This document shows, piece by piece, positions 23,411 to 33,351 of a stretch of DNA of 36,778 bases. The stretch is from NCBI RefSeq assembly GCF_004010195.1, contig NC_057759.1, positions 2,663,679-2,700,456 of the forward strand, in the 5' to 3' direction. Position 1 is the first letter of the stretch; each line of letters starts with the position of its first letter. The notes beneath the pieces were generated by a model that saw only the letters and a program-made list of their open reading frames with translations, made no database searches and was not told where the DNA came from. This DNA comes from Chiloscyllium plagiosum (lineage: Eukaryota). The position numbers were made by a program, and so were the translations under genes.

Positions 23411-25054
23411 TGGCAGGAAAGTTGTTGGAAGAGACTCTGAGGCATAGGATTTACATGTGTTTGGAAAGGCAAGGCATGATTAGGGATAGTCAACACGGCT
23501 TTGTGCGTGGGAAATTGTGTCTCACTAACTTGATTGAACCTTTTGAAGAATGACAAAGATGATTGAAGGGAGACTGTGGACGTTGTCAATATGGACTTCA
23601 CAAAGACATTCAACAAGGTTCCGCAAAGCAGACTGTTTTCCAAGTTTAGATAACATGGAATGCAGGGAGAACTAGCTATTTGGATACACAATTGGCTTGA
23701 AGGTAGGGGGCAGAGGGTTGCTTTGTGGACTGGAAGCCTGTGAACAGCAGTGTGCTGCAAGGATCGATGCTGGTCTTTTTATATAAACGATTTGGATGTG
23801 AATGATGTATGGTCAGTGGGTTTACAGAAGACACCAAAATTGGAGGTGTAATGGACAGCAAAGACGTTTACTTCAGTGTAGAAAAGGGATCTTGATCAAA
23901 CGGGGCAATGGGTTGAGGAATGGCAGACAGTATAATTTAGATACATGTGAGGTGCTGCATTTTGGAAAGGCAAATCAGGGCAGGACTTATACACTTAATG
24001 GGAAGGTCCTGGAGAGCTTTGCTGGACAAAGAAACCTTGGAGTGCAGGTTCACAGTTCCCTGGAAGTAGAGTCCCAGGTAGGCAGGGTAGTGAAAGTACG
24101 CTTTCCAATATTGGACAATGCATGAATACAGAAGTTGTGATGTCCTGTTGTGGCTATATAGGACGTTGATTTAAGGCTCTTCTGGAATTCTGTTTTCCGT
24201 TCCAGTCTCCCTCTTCTAGGAATGAAACTGGAAACGTTCAGAAAGGTTTTGCAAGGGCTTTGCCAGGTTTGGACGGTTTGAGCTATTGGGAAAGCCTAAA
24301 CAGGCTGGGAGTATTCTCCCTGGAGTGTTAGAGACTGAGAGGTGATCTTGTCAAGATTTATAAAATCATGATGGGCATGAATAAGGTGAACAGTCAGGGT
24401 CATTTTCCCATGTGTGATGGGTTCAATATTAGAGGGCACAGCATAAGTTGTGAGGGAAAATATTAAAAGTGGTCTTAGGGGCAACTTCTTCACATCGAGG
24501 GTGGTACTTGTATGGAATGAGCAGCCTGGGGAATGGGTGGAGACTGGTACAATTACAACATTTAAAAGGCATCTGATTGAATACATGAAGAGGAAGGATT
24601 TCGAGGGATATGGGCCAGCTCCTGGCAAATGGAAATCCAGGATTCTTGGTTGGCATGCATGAGTTGGACTGTAGGGATTGTTTCTGTGTTGTACATCTCT
24701 ATGACACTAATAAATTAAACCTAAAAGATTTCTCTTTTATGGAGATGTAACATAATTTCATATAATTCTCCTTGGCGCTGAGACGGTTAAGCAGTGATTT
24801 CGACTAGGAACAGATAGTTTTCAGGGATATTTAAGTTACAGAGAGAAATTATAAACTTTTGTGCCATTTTTAGTAACTACTTTCGTTGGCAAATACTGCA
24901 GGGTGATAATGTGAAGTTTGTTTTACTCACTAAGTGTGAAGGGAGTGGGAGAGACAGCAGAGACTGGGAGAGAAATGGAGTTAGTGTGCACTGGGAGGGT
25001 TTATAACCACATGATCTAGGCTGCTAGACCTGAATTAGAAATTCCCGGTGAAAT

Positions 25055-25318
25055 AAAACCAAAAGAAGTGCGGGCAATATAAATCAGAAACAACAACCAG
25101 AAGGTGCTGGACAAGTTCAGCAGGTCTGGCAACATCTGTGAAGAGATTTCAGAGTTAACATTTCTGATCCGGTGACCCTTCCTCAGAGCTGATAGTCGGA
25201 AAATATTGGTTTATATGCTGAAGGGTCGGGGGGAGGAGGTAAGGTGTAAAGGGTAGGTATAGATAGAGTGAAAAGAAGAGTTGGATAAAGGAGTGGATAA
25301 CAATGTTGTTGGGAGGGT
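25055..25318 (-). mobile_element. Penelope-like terminal repeat (second subfamily) with a decayed hammerhead
   Basis: Minus strand ctgaggaagggtcaccggatcagaaatgttaac followed by cagatgttgccagacctgctgaacttgtccagcac. Confidence 0.7.
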
Positions 25319-25407
25319 AAAGTGAGGTCTGCAGATGCTGGAGATCAAAGTTGAAACTTTATTGCTGGAACAGCACAGCAGGTCAGGCAGCATCCAGGGA
25401 ACAGGAG

Positions 25408-25443
25408 ATTCGACGTTTCGGGCACAGGCCCTTCTTCAGGAAT
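25408..25443 (-). ncRNA. Minimal type-I hammerhead ribozyme (Penelope-associated)
   Basis: attc CTGAAGA a gggc-ctgt-gccc GAAA cGTC gaat: intact core, 4-bp helix I, 4-bp helix II and palindromic ACGU helix III. Confidence 0.8.
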
Positions 25444-25658
25444 GAGCAGAGAGTGTTCAGCAGGAGAAGATAAAAGGTAGGGAGGAGGGACTTGGAGGAG
25501 GGGAGTTGGAAATGTCTTCTTCTTGACCTCTCCGCCTCCACCCTACTCCGACCTATCACCCTCACCTTGACCTCTTTCCACCTATCACATTTCCAACGCC
25601 CCTCCTCCAAGTCCCTCCTCCCTACCTTTTATCTTCTCCTGCTGAACACTCTCTGCTC

Positions 25659-25694
25659 ATTCCTGAAGAAGGGCCTGTGCCCGAAACGTCGAAT
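25659..25694 (+). ncRNA. Minimal type-I hammerhead ribozyme (Penelope-associated)
   Basis: Same motif on the plus strand, with predicted cleavage after GUC at 25690. Confidence 0.8.
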
Positions 25695-26627
25695 CTCCTG
25701 TTCCCTGGATGCTGCCTGACCTGCTGTGCTGTTCCAGCAATAAAGTTTCAACTTTGATATCCAAATGAATCCAACAAGAACTGGACCAAGCATATGTGGT
25801 ACTCATAATCTTCTTCATCCTAAGTATACGCATGATTTTACTACAACTGCTAAGTATTTCATCAGTAATATTTTCAGCAACATAACACAAAACATCGCAG
25901 ATAAGAAAAACTGCAGCATATTAACATGCCAAATTTCCCCTAAAGTAAATGCATTAAAATTCCATCAAATTTGACAATATTGTTATGTATTTGGCTTTAA
26001 GGGGTTAACACGTAGGGGGTTCCATACAACAGCCAAGCAGGGTGAGATCAATAGTTGTGATGTTGAGAAGATATGCTCTTCTTCATTAGGGTAAATAAAA
26101 CCACAGAAAGTAGACAAAATCAAACACAAAATATTGCTGAGGAAAGGAGTGAACAAAGACAGAAATGGGAACTATTTAAATGTAAATCTATGATTCGCTC
26201 CAGTAATAATATCTAACAATATTCAATATCTAGGATCATACCAAAAGAGTACTTTGAAGTATTAAAGGGATTTTCTGCTATCTAGTGATCTCTGAGGCAT
26301 GAAGTTTCCCTTTCTTGATATGTGCAAGATCAAGACAAACACTAGGCATACAGTAACAGTGATATCACCGCAGGGAGTTGGCAGCCAATTACACTGAAGT
26401 ATTCTCAAACAGCAAATCAGAAAGTAAAATGCAGTAAAATCTTCTACTCAATTAAAATTTCCACAGAGTAAATACAAATCATCAGTGATACACATGGGAT
26501 TAAAGTAGCTGAAATATCATAACTTTTTTTTAAATTTGAAAAAAACATTATTGCCATAATAATGGCAAAAAAGCATCCCAGTGATATAACATTAGATTTC
26601 TATGAGTAACTATTGAGTTATTAAAAT

Positions 26628-27160
26628 TAAATTGCATTTATATAGTAACTGTTATGGCCACAGAAAGATCCAAAATGCTTTACAGCCAATAAAGTACTTT
26701 GGAAGTACAGTCAGTGTTGACACATAGCAGGCAATTTACATGTAGCAAGCTCCCACAAAAAGAAATGCTGTACTAATTATTGAAAAAATATTGACTATGA
26801 CACCTGGAACAACTTTCTCATCAGTGGTGAGGTTCTGGAACCCACGAGTTCAAAGGGTAATACAGGCAAAAACCATAATCACATTAAAACATGCGGTGGA
26901 ACAGTCAATGGGTTTAGGAATCAAAATTTGGAGAGTGGGATTAGTGTGACGAGGTATTCATCGACTGGTATGGACATAATGTGCCAGACGACTACCTTCT
27001 GTGCATGAAATCTTACTGTGTTTTCTATGTATCTATAACTCTTATTAAAAATAGTGCCATTGGCTCTTCTATGTCTACATTAGAGGACAGACAGGCCTTC
27101 ACTTAGTAGGCTCTCGTCAAAAAGATAGCAGCTTAAATCTTCCAACTTCCCTCACTGGAT
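26628..27160 (-). mobile_element. Old DeuSINE-like (SacSINE1/AmnSINE-type) element with a CR1 3' remnant nested at ~26815-27035
   Basis: ttgcatttatatag..gctttacagccaataaagtac..caagctcccacaaa..aaatagtgccattgg..gaggacagacaggcc resembles the reverse Deu domain as recalled. Second copy at 27828-28042. Confidence 0.6.
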
Positions 27161-27163
27161 TGG

Positions 27164-27512
27164 AATGTGTTGCTGGAAAAGCGCAGCAGGTCAGGCAGCA
27201 TCCAGGGAACAGGAGAATCGACGTTTCGGGCATAAACCCTTCTTCAGGAATGAGGAAAGTTTGTCCAGCAGGCTAAGATAAAAGGTAGGGAGGAGGGACT
27301 TGGGGGAGGGGCGTCGGAAATGTGATAGGTGGAAAGAGGTCAAGGTGAGGGTGATAGGCCAGACTGGGGTGGGGGCGGAGAGGTCGGGAAGAAGATTGCA
27401 GGTTAGGAAGGCGGTGCTGAGTTCGATGGATTTGACTGAGACAAGGTGGGAGGAGGGGAAATGAAATTTTCAGCTCTGATCTCCAGCATCTGCAGACCTC
27501 ACTTTCTCCTAG
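27164..27512. mobile_element. Penelope-like insertion: ~300 bp inverted segment plus ~48 bp sense 3' tail
   Basis: 27164-27464 matches the 25344-25515 family on the minus strand. 27465-27512 is its direct 3' continuation on the plus strand. Confidence 0.85.
27216..27251 (-). ncRNA. Minimal type-I hammerhead ribozyme (Penelope-associated)
   Basis: attc CTGAAGA a gggt-ttat-gccc GAAA cGTC gatt: different loop II, helix II kept through a G-U pair. Confidence 0.72.
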
Positions 27513-27827
27513 CCATAGTGAAGCCACACAGTGTCTAACTCAATGACTCGTCTCTGGTAAATACGAACGTTGTTGATCTCCTCTTGTGTTGAAATCAGAA
27601 ACAGACATGAAGGTGACAATTGGAAGCCACCCACCCTGCACTGAGACTGAAGCCAGCCGTCTCTGGTTTGATGTTTTCAAGAAAGACCTTTATATCTGCG
27701 ATGGGAAGATTTGGGTGTCAATCTTACAAGGTAATGCAACAATATCATTAAGGTAGAGATGGATTGTTTGTAGTGCCACCCCTCAGTGAAGTTGTTAATG
27801 AATAAATAGAATACATAAAGAAAGAAA

Positions 27828-28042
27828 GTCACATTTGTATGAACCTCAGCAAGGCTCATTACGGTCAATGAAATTTTTTTTACTCAGCCAATGAAACAGG
27901 GCACAATAAGCTCCCACAAACAGCAATATGATAGTTGCCAAGTGACCTGCTTTTGCAATGTTGATTGGTCAGGACTCCAGGGTTAACTCCCTTACTATTC
28001 TTTAAAATTGTGCTATGGTATCTTCTCCCTCCACTTGAGAGG
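27828..28042 (-). mobile_element. Old DeuSINE-like remnant
   Basis: aagctcccacaaacagcaat..gttgattgg..aaattgtgctatgg..ccacttgagagg, similar to 26628-27160. Confidence 0.55.
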
Positions 28043-28263
28043 ATAGAATCATAGAATCCCTACAGTGTGGAAACAGGCCCTTCAGCTCAACAAATCCACA
28101 CCAATCTTCTGAAGATCCATTCCCCTATCCTATTATCCTATACTTACCCGTGACTAATGCACCTAACCTGAACATTATGACAATTTAGCATGACCAGTTC
28201 ACGTACCCTGCATGTCTTTGGATTGTGGGAGGAAACCTGAGCACCCAGAGGAAACCCACACAG
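28043..28263 (-). mobile_element. 3' portion of an HE1-type SINE
   Basis: atagaatccctacagtgtggaaacaggccc..tgggaggaaacc. Confidence 0.88.
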
Positions 28264-28644
28264 AATTCCCTCTCAACAACCCCCTCCCCCACGCCAGCAT
28301 CTTTTTTCGCAACATCCCCATCCACCACCCCTGAACCTTCTCTCTCAGCATCCCCCTCCCCACCTCAGTACCTTTCCAGTTATTACTGTAAGAAGATAAG
28401 CACTGGGCACAGGAGAGGCAATGCAGCCCTTCGAACCAGCTCCATCATTCAATACCATGATGTTTGAGCTCACCTCGGTCTCAGCTGGATTTTCCCGCCT
28501 GCTCTCTCTCACCCTTCAACTCATTGCAAATTAAACATCTGTATCTCTTCATTAAATTGACTCATTGTCCTGGCATCTACCGCATTTTGAATAGGGAATT
28601 CCACAGAATCACAACACATTGAGATAGGTACATTCTTCTTCATG

Positions 28645-28980
28645 AGAGTAGAGTCCCGATAGTGCAGAAACAGAGTATTCACCCATCGATTCCACACCAA
28701 CCCTATGATGAGTATCCCATTCAGACACACCTACTCCCTGTAACCCTGCATTTCCCGTGGCTAATTGTCTAACCGGCACACACATGAACAGTATGAGCAA
28801 TTTAGCATGGGCAATCCACCTAAACTGCACATCTTTGGATTGACTGAGGAAACAGGAGCACCCAGAGGAAACCCACGCAGACATGGGGACAACGTGTAAA
28901 CACCACACGGTCACCTGAGTCTGGAATCAAACCTGGGTCCCTGACTCTGTGAGGCAGCACTTCTAACCATTGAGCCACCT
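28645..28980 (-). mobile_element. Diverged HE1-type SINE (duplicated at 35993-36346, plus strand)
   Basis: Minus-strand head ggtggctcaatggttag, ggtttgattcc and HE1 body. Confidence 0.85.
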
Positions 28981-29194
28981 CTGCTAAAAATCTGCTACCC
29001 GTTATTAACCTCCTTATCCCCCAATTGGCTGAATCTCTTTTCCTTACATCAGAAGTCGGTTTGTATAAGCGGATGTCTCAGTAAAACACAGTGCCATCCC
29101 ACATGTCCTGTGTGTCTGAATGGGGATCTAAAACACAACACCCTCCACCCACAAATTTCATTCACTTTCCAGAGACATGTCTCCAGGGGCTGCA

Positions 29195-29455
29195 TGGGGA
29201 CTACAACTCCCACAATCCCTGAGGCAGGGAATATGCGTGTGTGGGGAATCCTGGCACTGAACATGTACAGAATGTGGGCGGGTGTTGGAGCATGTGCTTT
29301 GGGGTAATTAGCGGAAAGCATTTCACACTGTGATTAGCTGGAGGAGGGACTAATCTGCTTAGAGTTGTTGGGGGAGTCAAAGTGTAACCACACCCACATG
29401 GGACCACTTTCCAACCCCAACTCGTCATATCACTGGAATCGACCAATGAGAAACA
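29195..29455. promoter_or_regulatory. Decayed housekeeping/ZNF-type promoter motif cluster (left arm)
   Basis: ACTACAACTCCCACAATCC at 29200 (ZNF143/THAP11-type), GC box gtgggcggg, CpG-eroded NRF1-like tgaacatgtaca and gagcatgtgc, CCAAT at ~29443. Confidence 0.55.
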
Positions 29456-29769
29456 AAGAAGGAGCTGAACCATTCACCAAGACTGAAGGTTCCCCTTCTG
29501 TCCAAGACCTGCCACTTCCCTTTCTGTTTCCCTTTGTCTCATTCTGCTGTTACATTATTGACTTGCAGCAACTGAAGGGAAATGAAGTGAACCCAGAAAG
29601 GGTGCAGCGTCTAACCAGGGACGGGAAGTGGTGGCATGGATCTGTTTATCAGTAACTTCATGAGAATAAACACGGATGAGGTTGGAGACGATGTGGTTTT
29701 GCCAAGAGGCTCCTTCACCTCATCCCAACAACAGTCTACTCACTCTCACTGGATGTCATTTCTCTGCTT

Positions 29770-30215
29770 TGCAGAGAAGATTTACCAGGATGTTGCCTGG
29801 AATGGAGCGGAAGTCGTACGAGGATAGGTTGAGAGTTCTCGGTCTTTTCTCATTGGAACGGCGAAGGATGATGGGTGACTTGATAGAGGTTTATAAGATG
29901 ATCAGAGGAATAGATAGAGTAGACAGTCAGAAACTTTTTCCCCGGGTACAACAGAGTGTTACAAGGGGACATAAATTTAAGGTGAAGGGTGGAAGGTATA
30001 GTGGAGATGTCAGGGGTGGGTTCTTTACCCAGAGGGTGGTGGGGGCATGGAATGCGCTGCCCGTGGGAGTGGTGGAGTCGGAATCATTGGCGACCTTTAA
30101 GCGGCATTTGGATAGGTACATGGATGGGTACTTAATCTAGGTTAGAAGTTCGGCACAACATCGTGTGCCGAAGGGCCTGTTCTGTGCTGTATTGTTCTAT
30201 GTTCTATGTTCTATG
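29770..30215 (+). mobile_element. Young 5'-truncated CR1/HER1 3' end with (TTCTATG)n tail
   Basis: QRRFTRMLPGM..GDLIEVYK..FFTQRVV is open and closely similar to 8398-8824. Present only in the left arm. Confidence 0.96.
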
Positions 30216-31071
30216 TAAAGTCATGAAAGGGGATTGGAACACAGCAGGACAGGAGACTGAGCTGGATGGTTAGCTGTTTCCCATTGATTGGTGGAGCAGG
30301 ATTGAAAGGCCGAATAACCTCCTCCTGCTATCTCTCAGGTATGCATATAGCTATGGATCCCGGGTAGGAAGAAGTAAGCAGGGCAGGGATTCTGCAGGAG
30401 ATTGCACCTCGACGTTAGTTTTCAGTGAGGGAAGGTTTGATGGATTTTATTTAATATGTGTCTTTTACAGTAAAAAAAAACAAATTTGCTAACCTTGTGT
30501 TAAAGTTTATTCCACAATAAATAAAAGTAAAAGAATCGAAATGATCTGAATATAACAATTTTTAAAATTTCAAACACCCTGTAAAACATAATCCTGTCTA
30601 CTCGCGGACACCATCACTTTCCAGTTACTCAAACTCCAGGGAAATATTCCCTCCCTGTCTGAACCTTTGGTTTGATTTAACTGCTTTTCAGTTCTCGTTC
30701 TGTGAGCTGTGAAGCGCTCTTTATTCCCCATTTCTCCTACCCAGAAGTGTTATTACACACAGCTGAGCAACATTCCCACCATCAAAATCATCATTACATC
30801 ATTTTTCTGTTTGTTAACCTATAACCTATAATCACCAGCAATAAACCACCCGTGTCACCAATGAATGTTTACAAACCAAGCAAAGCAAACCATTACAAGT
30901 GACAAAGTGAGAAGGGACTGAATCAAGATAGAGATGTAGGGAGGGGGCAGCAACAGAGATAAAGGACTGTATCCCCTGCAGTGCCCACCTCTATCTAAAG
31001 GCATCGAGAGCATTGATACACACCACATTCTCCTTCTCCAAGGACACCCTGCTGTTAGCGTTTATCCTCAA

Positions 31072-31398
31072 TCATAGAATAGAATCCCTACAGTGTGGAA
31101 GGAGAGCATTGGCCCATCAAATCCCACAGACCATCCGAAGAACATCCCACCCACTGCACTCCATCCCTATAACCCTGCATTTCCCATGGCTGATCCACCT
31201 AGTCTGCACAATCCTGGATACTGTGGACAATTTAGCACAACCTATCCACCTAACCTGCACATCTTTAGCCTGTGGGTGGAAAGCAGAGCACCTGGAGGTG
31301 ACCCACACTATCATGGGGAGAATGTGGGAACTCCACACAGGCCGTTGACCAAGGCTGGACTCCAACCTTGTACTTGGTGCTGTGAAGCAGCAATGCTA
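31072..31398 (-). mobile_element. Diverged HE1-type SINE (duplicated at 33523-33846, plus strand)
   Basis: tagaatccctacagtgtggaa tail and HE1 body. Confidence 0.85.
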
Positions 31399-31629
31399 CA
31401 ATTGCAATTTAAATCAATACAGATGATCCCTGCTCGTTGTCACGTTGCTATTTGTGGAGACTTACTGCCTAGAGAGACATCCTGAGGTTCAGAAAGTGGC
31501 AATAAAAATTCAGTCAACTCCAGCCCAGTTAATGTGCTTAACAACAACATCATCAATACTCCAACAGTGTAATAATGTACAAGGTCCAGTCCTGACTCTG
31601 ATGAACAGTAACTTCCGAATCAGAGTCCT

Positions 31630-32461
31630 GCAGTGATGTGTGAACTCTACCCCACACGGAGCAAGTGGATGACCACTTCACTGTGTGCACTCACTGGGCT
31701 CTCAGTCGTGTTGAAGACTCAGCAAATCCGTGTCACACAGAGAGGGAAACAGCTCCTACCCAGTGTGAACCCACTGGGGTCTCAGCAGGCGGGATGAATA
31801 ACTGAATCCCTTCTCACACACTGACCATCTGAATGGCCTCTCCCCTGTGTGGGCTCACTGGGGTCTCAGCAGGTGGTACATTTGAGTGAATCTCTCCCCA
31901 CACTGGGAGCAAGTGAATGGCCTTTACCTAGAATGAGCTCGCTGGTGTTTCAACAGGTCACTGATTGAATCCTTTCCCACGCACTGAGCAGTTGAATGGC
32001 CTCTCCCCGATGGGAATGCGCTGATGTCTCCGCAGGTGGGAGAATTGAATGAAACCTTTCTCACACATGGAGCAGGTGAAGGGTCTAAATCCAATGTGCC
32101 ATCTCTGGTGCCTCAGCAGATTGTAAGATCGAGTAAACCCCTTCCCATACGTGAGGCAGGTGAGCGGCCATTTCACAGTGTGACTGTGTCGGTGTGTCCC
32201 ACTGGGAGGGGTAGGTATATTCCTTCCCACAATTCCCACATTTGCATACCCTCGCCCTGCTCCCGTCATAATGGTGTCTTCCCAGATCACATGTCCGGTT
32301 AAATATTTGACCACATGCATAACATGGGAATGATTTCTCTGGGCTGGGAATGCTGCTTTCCCCTTCCATATTACCGATAAGGATCAGGACCTGCGGAATT
32401 GGATGACTCTGCAGTTGATGTGATGTTAAAACTGAGTTTCCCATCTGGGAACTCTCTCTCT
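31630..32461 (-). pseudogene. C2H2 (Kruppel-type) zinc-finger gene terminal exon, ~9 decayed fingers
   Basis: Acceptor ttgttttccag ending at 32462 and ATG at 32369 (MEGESSIPSPEKSFPCYACGQIF). Fingers FTCSMCEKGFIQFSHLRRHQ, FTCSQCGERFTQ and HTGERPF linkers. Frameshifts near 32190 and 31960, several stops, lost Cys/His. Confidence 0.93.
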
Positions 32462-32650
32462 CTGGAAAACAAGGTTTTCCCTATTATTATTACAACTCCC
32501 AACACCCGCTCTCCCTTCAGTTCTCCTGCACTTCTAAGTTAGGACTAATGCAATGACCTCAGTAATGTGCCTTTCTCTCACTTGTTTCTGAAAGTAAATT
32601 AGGACCATTTTGAATAACTTTGCGCAATTTACCAGAAGAACCCACACCTA

Positions 32651-33150
32651 NNNNNNNNNNNNNNNNNNNNNNNNNNNNNNNNNNNNNNNNNNNNNNNNNN
32701 NNNNNNNNNNNNNNNNNNNNNNNNNNNNNNNNNNNNNNNNNNNNNNNNNNNNNNNNNNNNNNNNNNNNNNNNNNNNNNNNNNNNNNNNNNNNNNNNNNNN
32801 NNNNNNNNNNNNNNNNNNNNNNNNNNNNNNNNNNNNNNNNNNNNNNNNNNNNNNNNNNNNNNNNNNNNNNNNNNNNNNNNNNNNNNNNNNNNNNNNNNNN
32901 NNNNNNNNNNNNNNNNNNNNNNNNNNNNNNNNNNNNNNNNNNNNNNNNNNNNNNNNNNNNNNNNNNNNNNNNNNNNNNNNNNNNNNNNNNNNNNNNNNNN
33001 NNNNNNNNNNNNNNNNNNNNNNNNNNNNNNNNNNNNNNNNNNNNNNNNNNNNNNNNNNNNNNNNNNNNNNNNNNNNNNNNNNNNNNNNNNNNNNNNNNNN
33101 NNNNNNNNNNNNNNNNNNNNNNNNNNNNNNNNNNNNNNNNNNNNNNNNNN
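32651..33150. other. Assembly gap (500 N)
   Basis: Run of exactly 500 N. Confidence 1.
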
Positions 33151-33350
33151 CCTTGACTTACGGGCACTGAGTTTCAGAGTACTTCCTGTTGTGGGGCATC
33201 CTGTTTAGATACAATCTATTGATAATTTTTAGAACTGACTTGCACTGGCTCCGTCAAAGTGGTCAGAGCATTATGGCTGTCATCGAAGCTGGTAACAAAC
33301 TTCCTATGAGTTAAAAATCGTAAATGATAGAGTAGGTATGAGGTCTGATA
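33151..33350 (-). pseudogene. TLR7/8-family LRR fragment (approx. LRR18-20)
   Basis: 33326-33171 reads HLRFLTHRKFVTSFDDSHNALTTLTEPVQVSSKNYQ*IV..EVL*N, in register with human TLR8 [39 protein letters not shown]..DILWN (from memory). Confidence 0.7.
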
Positions 33351-33351
33351 G

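Larger units (their letters stand above)
19570..24710 (+). mobile_element. Ancient near full-length CR1 (5' UTR, ORF1, ORF2, tail) hosting nested insertions
   Basis: In order: ORF1 MCFSCQMWEI..YVCRK; SGNH esterase MIGDSLV..CLPGVRVKDV..IGTNDIG; endonuclease [36 protein letters not shown]; tail ctctatgacacta. Confidence 0.9.
25319..25758. mobile_element. Young Penelope-like insertion with inverted terminal repeats (172-bp arms, 71-bp spacer)
   Basis: 25344-25515 is the reverse complement of 25587-25758 with one mismatch seen. The left arm carries an extra 3' tail. Confidence 0.9.
28263..31570 (+). repeat. Left arm of an inverted segmental duplication (partner 33352-36727)
   Basis: Continuous reverse-complement match over unique and repeat sequence, except 29669-30215. 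Confidence 0.95.

Noticed and set aside
25759..25822. Possible minus-strand exon DEEDYEYHICLVQFLLDSF after an AG
   Set aside because: Weak acceptor, no donor, no recognisable homology.
25997..26008. ttaaggggttaa, piggyBac/MITE-like terminus
   Set aside because: No matching partner terminus or transposase remnant was found in the window.
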